The notes below the pieces were generated by a model. The model ran no database searches. It had not been told where the DNA came from and saw only the letters and a list, made by a program, of their open reading frames with translations. From Miltoncostaeaceae bacterium (lineage in GTDB: Bacteria > Actinomycetota > Thermoleophilia > Miltoncostaeales > Miltoncostaeaceae): 64,000 bases of DNA. How positions within the stretch are numbered: the stretch's first letter is position 1; each line of letters opens with the position of its first letter. The stretch is from positions 1,311,831 to 1,375,830 of the forward strand of contig CAVORO010000003.1 in assembly GCA_963698665.1 (NCBI GenBank), given 5' to 3'. Made by a program: the position numbers and the translations under genes. Below are positions 29,156 to 37,908 of this stretch, piece after piece.

Positions 29156-30132
29156 GCCGCGCGGCGTCGCTCGGTGCACTCGCCGAGCTCGCCGCCGTGG
29201 CGGAGGACGCCGAGCGCGAGCAGCCGGAGGATCCGGATCCGCTTCGCAACGCCTTCCAGCGCGATCGGGACCGCATTCTCCGCTCCCGGTCGTTTCGGCG
29301 GCTCAAGCACAAGACCCAGGTGTTCGTCGCACCGCGTGGCGACCACTATCGGACCCGCCTCACCCACACGCTCGAGGTGTCGGCGCTCGCCCGGACGGTC
29401 GCGCGCGCGCTCGGCCTCCACGAGGACCTGACCGAGGCGATCGCGCTCGGCCACGACCTCGGTCACGCGCCGTTCGGCCACGCGGGGGAGGAGGCGCTCG
29501 ACGCGGCCTCGCGCGCGGCCGGGGGTTCCGGCTTTCGCCACAACGTCCAGAGCAGGCGGGTGGTCGAGGTGCTCGAGCGCGAGGGCCGGGGGCTCAACCT
29601 GACGCCCGCCGTCCGCGACGGGATCGAGCACCACACCGGCCCCGGCGCTCCGTCCACGCTCGAGGGGGCGGTCGTCCGGGTCGTCGACCGGATCGCCTAC
29701 GTCAACCACGACATCGAGGACGCCGTGCGCGCGGGTGTCATCGGCGACGGCGACCTCCCCGCGGAGGAGATCGCGGTGCTCGGCGTGACGAGCGCGGCGC
29801 GGCTCTCGCGGCTGACCGCGGACCTGGTGGCGACGAGCGCCGCCGCCGGCGCCGTCGCCCTCTCCGATGAGACCGGCGCCGCGTTCGCGTCGCTTCGGCG
29901 CTTCATGTTCACGCGGGTCTACCTCGTGCCGCCGGCCAGCGAGGAGGCGGTGCGCGGTGCGCGCGTCGTGCGCGCGCTGGTCGACTGGTACCTCGACGAT
30001 CCGGCGCGGGTCCCGTCCGGGCCGACGGGGGACCCCGTGGTTCGTGTGGTCGACTTCGTCTCCGGCATGACCGACCGGTATGCCCTCCGGGCCTACGAGG
30101 ACGCGCTGATGCCACGCTCGGTGCGGGCCTAG
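29152..30132 (+). CDS. dgt: dGTP triphosphohydrolase-like HD-domain protein
   Basis: FQRDRDRILRSRSFRRLKHKTQVF...RLTHTLEVSALART...LGHDLGHAPFGHAGE...DRIAYVNHDIEDA. Confidence 0.88.
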   Translation: MSRAASLGALAELAAVAEDAEREQPEDPDPLRNAFQRDRDRILRSRSFRRLKHKTQVFVAPRGDHYRTRLTHTLEVSALARTVARALGLHEDLTEAIALGHDLGHAPFGHAGEEALDAASRAAGGSGFRHNVQSRRVVEVLEREGRGLNLTPAVRDGIEHHTGPGAPSTLEGAVVRVVDRIAYVNHDIEDAVRAGVIGDGDLPAEEIAVLGVTSAARLSRLTADLVATSAAAGAVALSDETGAAFASLRRFMFTRVYLVPPASEEAVRGARVVRALVDWYLDDPARVPSGPTGDPVVRVVDFVSGMTDRYALRAYEDALMPRSVRA

Positions 30133-30135
30133 TCG

Positions 30136-31851
30136 ATGCCGCGGATCAGCGAGCAGACGGTGCGCGCGGTGCGTGACGGGGCCGACCTCGTCGAGCTCGT
30201 CCGCGGCCGCGTGCAGCTCGCCCAGCGCGGGGGCCGGTGGACGGGGCGGTGCCCCTTCCACGACGAGAACACGCCCTCGTTCAGCCTGATCCCGCCCGAG
30301 AACACGCGCTACTACTGCTTCGGCTGCGGGGCCACCGGAGACGCCGTGACCTGGATGATCGAGCAGGAGGGCGCCGGCGGCTTCGCCGACGCGGTCGTCG
30401 GTCTCGCCGAGCGGTTCGGCATCGAGGTCGTCTACGACGACGATTCCCCGAGCTCGCGCGCCGAGCGCGCGGCCGCGAGCGCGCGCCGGGCACTCCTCGC
30501 CCGGGCCACCGCGTTCTTCGAGGAGTGCCTGTGGCGCTCGGAGGAGGCCGAGCAGGCGCGGGCCTACCTCGAGGAGCGGGGCTTCGGCGACGAACTCCTT
30601 CGCCGGTACCGGATCGGCTGGGCGCCGCGGGACGGCGCCGCCCTGACCCGTGGGGCGCTTCGAAACGACTTCCGGCGCGCGGACCTGGAGGGTGCGGGCC
30701 TGACCCGCGCCGGCGGAGGTGACTTCTTCGTCGGGCGGATCATGTTCCCGATCGCCGACCAGCGAGGTGAGGTCAAGGGCTTCGGCGGCCGCACGCTCGA
30801 CCCCAACGAGCGCGCCAAGTACGTCAACAGCCCCGAGGGGCCGCACTTCCACAAGCGCGAGCAGGTGTTCGGGCTCGACGTGGTGCGGGCCGACGCCGCG
30901 CGCCGGGGCTGGCTCGTGGTCACCGAGGGCTACACGGACGTGTTCGGGGTCGATCTGGCCGAGGCGGGCCCGGCGATCGCGTGCATGGGCACGGCCCTGA
31001 CGCCCGCGCAGCTACGAAGGCTCGCCGCGGTGGTCGACGAGGTCGCGCTCTGCTTCGACTCGGACCCGGCGGGCGAGCGGGCGGCCGCCCGGACCGTCGA
31101 GGCGGCCGAGGGGGTGCGCAAGCTGCGCCTGATGGCCGTCGAGCTTCCACCGGGGAGCGATCCGGGCGAACTCGCCGGGACGGAGGAGGGGAGAGCGACG
31201 CTGCGCGCCGCGGTGGAGGGCCGGACGCCGCTCGTGCCCTGGCTCGTCCGCATCCGGGCCCGCCGGGCGAGGTCCGCCGGTGAGCGCGAGGAGGCGCTGG
31301 GCGAGACCACCGACCTCCTCCGGCGGGTTCCGGACTCGGTCGACAAGGACGAGGCGGTGCGGCTCGCTGGCTCGCTGCTCGGGCTCTCGCGCGGGCTGGA
31401 GGAGCGGCTGTGGGCCGAGAGTCGCGCGGGCGGCCGCATCGAGGGGCGCGGCGCGTCGAGGGCCGGTCCTCCCAGCAAGTGGAGCCGTCGTGAGAACCGG
31501 CTGATCGGGCTGGCGGTGGCGCTCCCCGAGGCCGCGCGGCGACACCTCGCGGACCTCGTCCCCGGGACGATCACCGATCCGCGCGTCGCGCGGGCGCTGG
31601 CGCTCGCCCTCGAGGGCGACTCGCCCGATGACTGGCCCGAGGAGCTCTCGGCGGTGGGCGTGGCGGCGCGGGCCGAGGCGAGCATCCAGCCACCGGAGGA
31701 GGCGGAGCTGCGCGAGCTTGCGTACCGGCTGCAGATGGAGGCGCTCGACCGGCGGCTCGCCGAACTTCGCGCGTCCGGCGACGAGGATGCGCTCCTCGCG
31801 ACGATCGACCTGCGCCATCGGATGCACGAGACGCTCCGCGAGAGCGCATGA
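30136..31851 (+). CDS. dnaG: DNA primase
   Basis: Zinc-binding [11 protein letters not shown]...[11 protein letters not shown] and a TOPRIM region (VVTEGYTDV...[12 protein letters not shown]). Confidence 0.95.
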   Translation: MPRISEQTVRAVRDGADLVELVRGRVQLAQRGGRWTGRCPFHDENTPSFSLIPPENTRYYCFGCGATGDAVTWMIEQEGAGGFADAVVGLAERFGIEVVYDDDSPSSRAERAAASARRALLARATAFFEECLWRSEEAEQARAYLEERGFGDELLRRYRIGWAPRDGAALTRGALRNDFRRADLEGAGLTRAGGGDFFVGRIMFPIADQRGEVKGFGGRTLDPNERAKYVNSPEGPHFHKREQVFGLDVVRADAARRGWLVVTEGYTDVFGVDLAEAGPAIACMGTALTPAQLRRLAAVVDEVALCFDSDPAGERAAARTVEAAEGVRKLRLMAVELPPGSDPGELAGTEEGRATLRAAVEGRTPLVPWLVRIRARRARSAGEREEALGETTDLLRRVPDSVDKDEAVRLAGSLLGLSRGLEERLWAESRAGGRIEGRGASRAGPPSKWSRRENRLIGLAVALPEAARRHLADLVPGTITDPRVARALALALEGDSPDDWPEELSAVGVAARAEASIQPPEEAELRELAYRLQMEALDRRLAELRASGDEDALLATIDLRHRMHETLRESA

Positions 31852-32909
31852 GCGCCCCGTCGCTGTCCGGCATGGACGAGGTTCGCGCCCTGGTGGACGA
31901 GGGACGCGACGGCGGTGTGCTGGCCGTGGGCCGGATCGCCGAGGTGATCGAGGCCGCAGAGCTCTCCGACGAGCAGCAGGAGCGCCTCCTGCAATTGCTC
32001 GCCGAGCTGGAGATCGACATCGTGGCCGATCCGGTCACACCCCAGGAGCGACCGAGGCTCGACCTGACCGTCAAGGCGCCCTCCTCCGACCCGGTTCGGA
32101 TGTACCTGCGTGAGATCGGGAAGGTCAAGCTGCTGACCGGCGCGGAGGAGGTCTCGCTCGCCAAGCGCATCGAGCGCAACGACACGGGCGCCAAGGCGGC
32201 GCTGATCGAGGCGAACCTGCGCCTCGTGGTCTCGGTCGCCAAGCGCTACGTCGGTCGCGGGCTGTCCTTCCTCGATCTGATCCAGGAGGGCAACCTCGGA
32301 CTGATCCGGGCCGTCGAGAAGTTCGACTACCGCAAGGGCTACAAGTTCTCGACCTACGCGACATGGTGGATCCGCCAGGCCATCACCCGTGCCATCGCCG
32401 ATCAGGCGCGCACCATCAGGGTGCCGGTCCACATGGTCGAGACCATCAACCGCCTCTCGCGCGTCCAGCGCCAACTCGTCCAGGACCTCGGCCGCGAGCC
32501 GACGGTCGACGAGCTCGCCAAGGAACTGGAGACGACCGCAGAGCGCGTCCGCGAGATCCGGAAGGTCGCACAGGAGCCGGTGTCGCTCGAGACGCCCGTC
32601 GGCGAGGACGAGGACTCCGAGTTGGGAGACCTGCTGGAGGACGAGCGCGTCGTCGGGCCCGGCGACGCCGTGGCCGGACGCCTTCGCCACGAGGAGCTCG
32701 AGCGGCTGCTCGACTCCCTGAGCGGCCGGGAGCGCAAGATCATCGAGCTCCGCTTCGGCCTGAACGGCGAGGAGCCCCGCACGCTGGAGGAGGTGGGGCA
32801 ACGCTTCGGCGTCACCCGGGAGCGCATCCGCCAGATCGAGGCCAAGACCCTCGCAAAGCTGCAGGCGGACGGCGAGAGCGAGCGGCTCCGGGGCTTCCTG
32901 GACGAGTGA
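31848..32909 (+). CDS. rpoD: Primary-like RNA polymerase sigma-70 factor
   Basis: [85 protein letters not shown], and the region 4 HTH. The ATG overlaps the dnaG stop (ATGA). Confidence 0.95.
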   Translation: MSAPSLSGMDEVRALVDEGRDGGVLAVGRIAEVIEAAELSDEQQERLLQLLAELEIDIVADPVTPQERPRLDLTVKAPSSDPVRMYLREIGKVKLLTGAEEVSLAKRIERNDTGAKAALIEANLRLVVSVAKRYVGRGLSFLDLIQEGNLGLIRAVEKFDYRKGYKFSTYATWWIRQAITRAIADQARTIRVPVHMVETINRLSRVQRQLVQDLGREPTVDELAKELETTAERVREIRKVAQEPVSLETPVGEDEDSELGDLLEDERVVGPGDAVAGRLRHEELERLLDSLSGRERKIIELRFGLNGEEPRTLEEVGQRFGVTRERIRQIEAKTLAKLQADGESERLRGFLDE

Positions 32910-32912
32910 CGT

Positions 32913-33395
32913 TCAGCCGGCGGGGCGCTCGATGACCGCCATGGCCGCGGCCTTGGCGGTCGCGCCGTCGACGGCGAGCCTGCAGGTCGCCGTGATGGAC
33001 GCCTGCCCGTCGGCACGCTCAGGTGCGCGGGCCGGCGGACCGATCCACACCACCCGGGGTGGCGCGCCCAGGAGCGCCGCCCGCTCCGCCCAGACCAGCA
33101 GGCGCGCGATCGCGAGTCCTCCGGCGCTGACCGCGTCCGGCCGCCCGCGTCCCGTGGCGTAGGAGCGGTGGGCGGCGATGCACGCGACGAGCGAGAGGGG
33201 GTCGGGCGCGCCCTCGCGCTCCAGGTCGAGCGCCTCGAGGACCGGTGATCCCGTTTCGCCGTCGTCCGCGAGGCGGGGGCGCAGTCGCTCGAGGTGCCCG
33301 AGCGCCGCGAGACCCATGGCCTCGGCCGCGGGCCGGAGATCAGGCTCGGCCCGGGCGAGCAACGCCTCGAAATCGTCGGACAGTCTCAGCGCCAC
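32913..33395 (-). CDS. Hypothetical protein (about 160 aa)
   Basis: ORF 32913..33497 with high GC3. I prefer GTG 33395 (VALRLSDDFEALL..., GGAGGGG ~9 nt upstream) because the longer model would overlap the small upstream gene. Confidence 0.5.
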   Translation of the reverse strand: MALRLSDDFEALLARAEPDLRPAAEAMGLAALGHLERLRPRLADDGETGSPVLEALDLEREGAPDPLSLVACIAAHRSYATGRGRPDAVSAGGLAIARLLVWAERAALLGAPPRVVWIGPPARAPERADGQASITATCRLAVDGATAKAAAMAVIERPAG

Positions 33396-33444
33396 GCGCC
33401 CCGCCCCTCCGGACCGGGGGCGCCGGTCCGGGGCACCCGCCGGG

Positions 33445-33612
33445 TCAGCCGGCCGGGGGCGCCTCGGGGGGCGCGTCGTCGACGGTTCCCTCGACATCTC
33501 CGACCGGCGGCGCCTCAGTGAAGACGAACTCGTCGGGCTCTCCGCCCAGGCGAGACTTCACGAGCCAGAACGCCAGCGCTGCGATGCCGATCAGGACCAG
33601 GATCTTCTTCAT
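33445..33612 (-). CDS. Small membrane protein (55 aa), below the ORF-track length cutoff
   Basis: My translation: MKKILVLIGIAALAFWLVKSRLGGEPDEFVFTEAPPVGDVEGTVDDAPPEAPPAG*. AAGGA lies ~9 nt upstream of the ATG, and about 87% of third positions are G/C. Confidence 0.5.
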   Translation of the reverse strand: MKKILVLIGIAALAFWLVKSRLGGEPDEFVFTEAPPVGDVEGTVDDAPPEAPPAG

Positions 33613-34330
33613 TGAGTGCTGTCCTTGCTCGGGTGCGTCCGGGCCGGAAAGGTATCACCGCGCCCGGCGTGCACGCGCGGCCACCCCGCCATGTGTCGTC
33701 CGCCCGGGGGGCGGACGGGCCGGTACATGCGCACCGTGCGGGGGTTTCGTCGTGTGCGACGTCGCGGTGGAACCCCCGCCGGGATGTCAGTGCGGCGGGG
33801 GTGACCGGAGCGTGGCGAGGCCTCGGGGCCGTGGTCGTGCTCGTCGAGCGGTTTACGCCGCGTCCCTGTCGGGACCGCAGGCCGTCACGGAGCTTTGGAA
33901 TCGCGATCGATCCTCCCCATCGCGGTCGCGCCCGTGGTCATGTGGGCGGGCAGAGGGGCGTCCAAGGTCCGGGTGTCGGCCGACGGCCGTCCCCGGGCCG
34001 GCATGTCCATGGACGTCGTGATCTCGGAGGGCGTGGTGGTGCGTGGTCTTGGTCCGGCGCTTCTTGGACGGGGCGGCCTGCGAGTCCTCGATCGCGCTGC
34101 GGGTGGCGGGGTTCTCGGGGCCTGCCCGGCCACGTGGCGAGAAACGGCTCGGGTCAATCCCACTCGTTGCGGATCCTCGGCTCAGGCGTCCGGCGCGAGG
34201 CGCCGCACCCCTTCGCCTCGGGTGGGATTGCCCCAAAACCGGACGGTCCACGGGGACGCGACGGATGCTGGTCTCGTTCGTCGCTCGGTCCCTCCGCGTC
34301 CCGGTGGCTGCGTCCTCTCGGCCTGATTCC

Positions 34331-34370
34331 GCTCGAACGTCCTCCGCTGACGCGGAGGACGTTCTGTGCG
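34331..34370. repeat. 40-nt hairpin element, copy 1
   Basis: GCTCGAACGTCCTCCGCTGACGCGGAGGACGTTCTGTGCG. It has a 13-bp perfect stem, GAACGTCCTCCGC/GCGGAGGACGTTC (34335-34364), with loop TGAC. Confidence 0.7.
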
Positions 34371-34420
34371 GGGCCTCACGGTCGCATGGGGAGTCGGCGT
34401 GGCGTTGTTTTCGCCGGTGC

Positions 34421-34460
34421 GCTCGAACGTCGCTCCGCTCATCGCGGAGGACGTGCTGCG
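34421..34460. repeat. 40-nt hairpin element, copy 2 (imperfect)
   Basis: GCTCGAACGTCGCTCCGCTCATCGCGGAGGACGTGCTGCG. It shares the same flanks and arms as copy 1 but has a 1-nt bulge and a different loop. It lies 11 nt from the qor stop. Confidence 0.65.
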
Positions 34461-34471
34461 CGCGCGCTCAC

Positions 34472-35452
34472 TCACAGTGTGAGGACGATCTTCCCGGTGT
34501 TGGCGTTGGATTCCATGAGGCGGTGCGCGTCGGCCACGTCGTCGATGGCCATGACCCGGTCGACGCTCGGCGCCAGCTCGCCCGCGGCGAAGCGGGGGCC
34601 GGCCCACCGCTGCGAACTCCGCCACCAGATCGGACTTCTCGTCGACGCCTCGCGCCCGCAGGGTGCTGAAGGCGACGGTCGCCTGGCGCCGCATGAGCGC
34701 GCCCGAGCTCGACCGTGGCCGACGACCCTCCGAGGAGACCGATCACCGACACGCGCGCGCCGGGTGCCAGCGCGGCGACGGTCTCGTCCCAGTACGCGGC
34801 CCCGACCATGTCGAGCACCACGTCCGCGCCGTGGCCCCCGGTCGCATCGCGGACGGCGTCGGCGAATCGTCCGTCCGGGCCGATCACGATCGGCGTCACG
34901 CCGACGTCCGCGACCGCTCCGGCCTTGCCCGGGGTTCGGATCGTGCCCGACGGTCGTCGCCCCGAGCGCGCCGGCGATCTGGCCGGCGGCGAGCCCGACG
35001 CCGCTCGCCGCGGCGTGGATCAGGAGCGATTCGCCGGCGGTGAGCGAGGTGAGGCGCCGGAGCGAGAGCCAGGCCGTCAGGAAGGCCTCTGGGATGGCGG
35101 CCGCGTCGGTCATGGACATGCCGTCCGGCACCGGCATGACCTGGCCCCCGGGGACCGCGACGCGCTCCGCGTAGCCACCGCCGGCGAGGAGCGCCATCAC
35201 GCCGGTCCCGACGGGCGGACCCGCCGCGTCGGGTCCGAGGTCGGCGACCACTCCGGCGGCCTCCAGACCGAGGATCCGGCTCGCCCCCGGCGGGGGCGGG
35301 TAGCCGCCGGCGCGCTGCAGCAGGTCGGCCCGGTTGACCCCGGTCGCGCGCACGTCGATCAGGATCTCGCCGGCGCCCGGCGCCGGGTCGTCCACCACCC
35401 CCACGTGAAGCACCTCGGGGCCACCGGGCCGGGCGACCGTGACCGCCCTCAT
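34472..35452 (-). pseudogene. NADPH:quinone oxidoreductase (zeta-crystallin/MDR family) with three frame breaks
   Basis: The N-terminal and C-terminal parts are in the frame of ORF 34472..35452 (MRAVTVARPGGPEVL...[13 protein letters not shown] and ...[36 protein letters not shown]). The middle part is in the frame of ORF 34468..34899 ([65 protein letters not shown]). The next segment is in the frame of ORF 34182..34694 ([31 protein letters not shown]). Breaks fall at about 34945, 34700 and 34600. Confidence 0.75.
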
Positions 35453-35928
35453 CGGGGCGGCGACGCCGACTCGAGCGCGGCCTTCGTCCGCTCGTGCCGG
35501 ATCCGGAAGGTCCGCGCGAGCATGCGACGCAGGACCAAGCGGTCACCGAGACGTCCGAGCGCCCCGAGCGGCGGGCGGTAGGTGACCAGATCGGTCATGA
35601 GCGTGCGCTCCGGGCCGAGCGTCATGAAGCGGTGCTCGTGGCGCCACTCGGTGAAGGGCGAGCGCTCGGCGACGTCGACCATGCGGGTGGGCGCCTCGAG
35701 CGTCTCGACGCGGACCCGCCACTCCTGGGCGGGCGCGCCCGGCGCGGGCCGCATGCGCATCGTGACCACCGCACCCTGCGTGAGCGGGAACTCGCCCGTG
35801 ACGTCGAGCATGCGCGCCTCGGGCGGCGCGACGGTCGCCGCGTTGCGCGTGTCCAGGTGGAACGCGAACACCTCGGCGATCGGCGCCGCGATCTCGACGG
35901 ATCGCTCGAAGACGGATGGGTCCGGCAC
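35449..35928 (-). CDS. SRPBCC (START/polyketide-cyclase-like) family protein
   Basis: From GTG 35928: VPDPSVFERSVEIAAPIAEVFAFHLDTRNAATV...FTEWRHEHRF. GGGAG lies upstream. Its stop overlaps the qor ATG (ATGA at 35449-35452). Confidence 0.75.
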   Translation of the reverse strand: MPDPSVFERSVEIAAPIAEVFAFHLDTRNAATVAPPEARMLDVTGEFPLTQGAVVTMRMRPAPGAPAQEWRVRVETLEAPTRMVDVAERSPFTEWRHEHRFMTLGPERTLMTDLVTYRPPLGALGRLGDRLVLRRMLARTFRIRHERTKAALESASPPR

Positions 35929-36120
35929 GATCGCTCCCGGGGGACGCGATCCGCACGGGCCCGAGGGCCCGTGCGGAACGTGTGCAGCCCCGGAATCCTG
36001 ACACGCCGAGCGACTCCTGCGGGTGCCAACCGGGCGTCCCCACCCCGGCGTGCTCGAGGTGGGCGGGCTGGGGGGCGCCGCCGCCACTACGCTGCTCCCG
36101 TTCACGCCTGGAGGAGCGAC

Positions 36121-36294
36121 ATGCCTGACGGACTCGAGGTCGAGATCGAGGATGCGCGCCGCGCGTTGCTGGAGGCGATCGCCAGGACCGCCCGCGAGGG
36201 GTCCTCGAACGTCGTCCTGCGGTTGGCCGAGGCCTACGCCTGGGTCACGGAGCCCGACCAGCCCCATGGGGGCTCCGCGGCCGGGGAGAAGTGA
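36121..36294 (+). CDS. Small hypothetical protein (57 aa)
   Basis: A strong GGAGGAG sits 6 nt before ATG 36121. MPDGLEVEIEDARRALLEAIARTAREGSSNVVLRLAEAYAWVTEPDQPHGGSAAGEK has very high GC3. It overlaps the 3' end of the convergent kinase gene by 50 nt. Confidence 0.55.
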   Translation: MPDGLEVEIEDARRALLEAIARTAREGSSNVVLRLAEAYAWVTEPDQPHGGSAAGEK

Positions 36295-37771
36295 TCACCG
36301 CGAGCGCCGCGCGCACGGCCTCCGCGGGGTCGCCGGTGGTGTAGAGCGGCGACGACTCGGGCCAGGGGTCGCGCCGTGCGCGGAGTGCGGCCGCGGTGCG
36401 GGGGGTCGCGTCGGAGGGCGAGCGGCCCAGGCGTCGTCGCGCGACGATCCGCGCGTCCGCGACGCCGTCGGGCGCGCGGCATTCGATCTCGATCAGGTCG
36501 GCTCCCTCGCGCGCGGCCTGCTCGCGGGCGCGTGCCCGCTCGGCGGCGCTGGTCCAGGACGCGTCGAGGATGCTGGAGCGACCCTGCCGCGCCAGGGCCC
36601 CCGCGCGATCGAGCATCTCCCGGTACACGCGTGCCGACGTGCCGGCCGAGTACAGCTCCTCGTCGAGTCCCGGCGGACGACCGAGGGGTGCGCTCGGGAG
36701 CCCGACCAGGTCCTTGCGCACGGCGTCCGACTGAATCCACGTGGCGCCGAGCGCCGCCGCGACCGCCTCGGCGAGGGTCGACTTGCCCACGCCGGGACCA
36801 CCTCCGATCAGGACGATCCGAAGCCGGGCCCGCTCGAGGCGGCGCAGGCAAAGGGCCAGGAGCCGCCTCGCCTCCGCGTGTGCGTCCGGGTCGTGGGGGG
36901 CGCGATAGCACGCGACCTTGGCCCGCACGCTCGCCCGGTAGGCCACCCAGTGGTCCGCGAGCGACGTCGGTGCCCGGTCGCCGGACACCGCCGCGTGCTC
37001 GTCGAGCAGCGCGGCCGCGAGCGCCGGGTGCCCGAGCCGCTCGAGGTCCATCGCGAGGAAGGCGACGTCGGCGATCACGTCGCCCATGCGAAGCCGGTCG
37101 GAGAACGCCAGGCAGTCGAGGACACGCGGCCCGTCCTCGAGGCAGAAGACGTCGTCGGCGAGCAGGTCCCCGTGGCCGTCGACCGCGAGGCCCTCCTCGA
37201 TGCGTGCCCGCATGAGGTCCTCGTGGCCGTCGACGTACTCCATCGCCAGGGCCTCGACGGTGGCGAGTTCCTCGTCCGGGAGGACGCCCGCGGCGACGGC
37301 CCGCAGCTCGTCGAGGTTCTCGCGCCAGAGCCGTCTGACGGCGTCGGGCGTGGCCGCGGCCGCCGCGGCCGCCGGGCGCTCCGCCTCGCGATGGAAGGCT
37401 GCGAGCACGCGTGCGACCCGCCGCACCTCGATCTCCGCCTCGGGACGCTCCAGCAGGCCACTGAGGCGCCGGTCCGCCGGCATCCGTCGCATGACCACGA
37501 CGGCCTCGGGCGGATCGCCCGGGAGCCCGAAGTCCGCGAGCCCCAGGTAGACGTCGGGCGCCAGGCGGCGGTTGAGCTCCACCTCGCGCAGGCCGGCGGC
37601 GCGCCGCACGGCCGGGTCACGGTGGTCGAGGAAGCCGGTCTCGACGGGCTTCAGCGTCTTGTAGGCACGATCGCCGACGAACACGACGACCGAGATGTGG
37701 GTCTCCACGGCCGACGGGGGCTCCCGCCAACTCGTCGGCATGGCGATCGCCGCCGGCGTTGGATCCGGCAT
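36245..37771 (-). CDS. Bifunctional aminoglycoside-phosphotransferase-fold / P-loop kinase protein
   Basis: The N-half is APH/choline-kinase-like (ETHISVVVFVGDRAYKTLKP..., HGDLLADDVF). The C-half has a Walker A motif, LIGGGPGVGKSTLA. Start is uncertain (ATG 37771, 37741 or 37828). Confidence 0.75.
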   Translation of the reverse strand: MPDPTPAAIAMPTSWREPPSAVETHISVVVFVGDRAYKTLKPVETGFLDHRDPAVRRAAGLREVELNRRLAPDVYLGLADFGLPGDPPEAVVVMRRMPADRRLSGLLERPEAEIEVRRVARVLAAFHREAERPAAAAAAATPDAVRRLWRENLDELRAVAAGVLPDEELATVEALAMEYVDGHEDLMRARIEEGLAVDGHGDLLADDVFCLEDGPRVLDCLAFSDRLRMGDVIADVAFLAMDLERLGHPALAAALLDEHAAVSGDRAPTSLADHWVAYRASVRAKVACYRAPHDPDAHAEARRLLALCLRRLERARLRIVLIGGGPGVGKSTLAEAVAAALGATWIQSDAVRKDLVGLPSAPLGRPPGLDEELYSAGTSARVYREMLDRAGALARQGRSSILDASWTSAAERARAREQAAREGADLIEIECRAPDGVADARIVARRRLGRSPSDATPRTAAALRARRDPWPESSPLYTTGDPAEAVRAALAVITSPRPRSPHGAGRAP

Positions 37772-37908
37772 CGGTTCCCCCCGATCGTTCCCGTCGGCCA
37801 CCACGCTATCCGAGCGCCGGTGCCGCACGCCGATGCGCGGCGGGGTTCATGCGAGCCGCCCCCGTGCCGATCCCGGTGACGATCGATGGTTCTGGGCGGG
37901 AGGTCTCC

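Noticed and set aside
33951-33975. RNase P RNA-like P4 motif (GAGGGGCGTCCAAGGTCCGGGTG)
   Set aside because: It differs from the conserved GGAAAGTCCGGGC core, and none of the other universally conserved RNase P blocks are nearby.
34249-34290. tmRNA-like 5' sequence GGGGACGCGACGGATGC on the plus strand
   Set aside because: No matching T-arm or 3' end (...TCCACCA) follows. Only ~220 nt remain before the qor gene, and there is no tag-reading-frame-like segment.
34156-34330. Possible c-di-AMP (ydaO-type) or other riboswitch in the structured region
   Set aside because: I could not find the conserved ACGGGGUGAAUC / CCCGACAGCUAAC-type blocks or any other riboswitch core I know. The structure alone is not diagnostic in DNA with about 70% GC.
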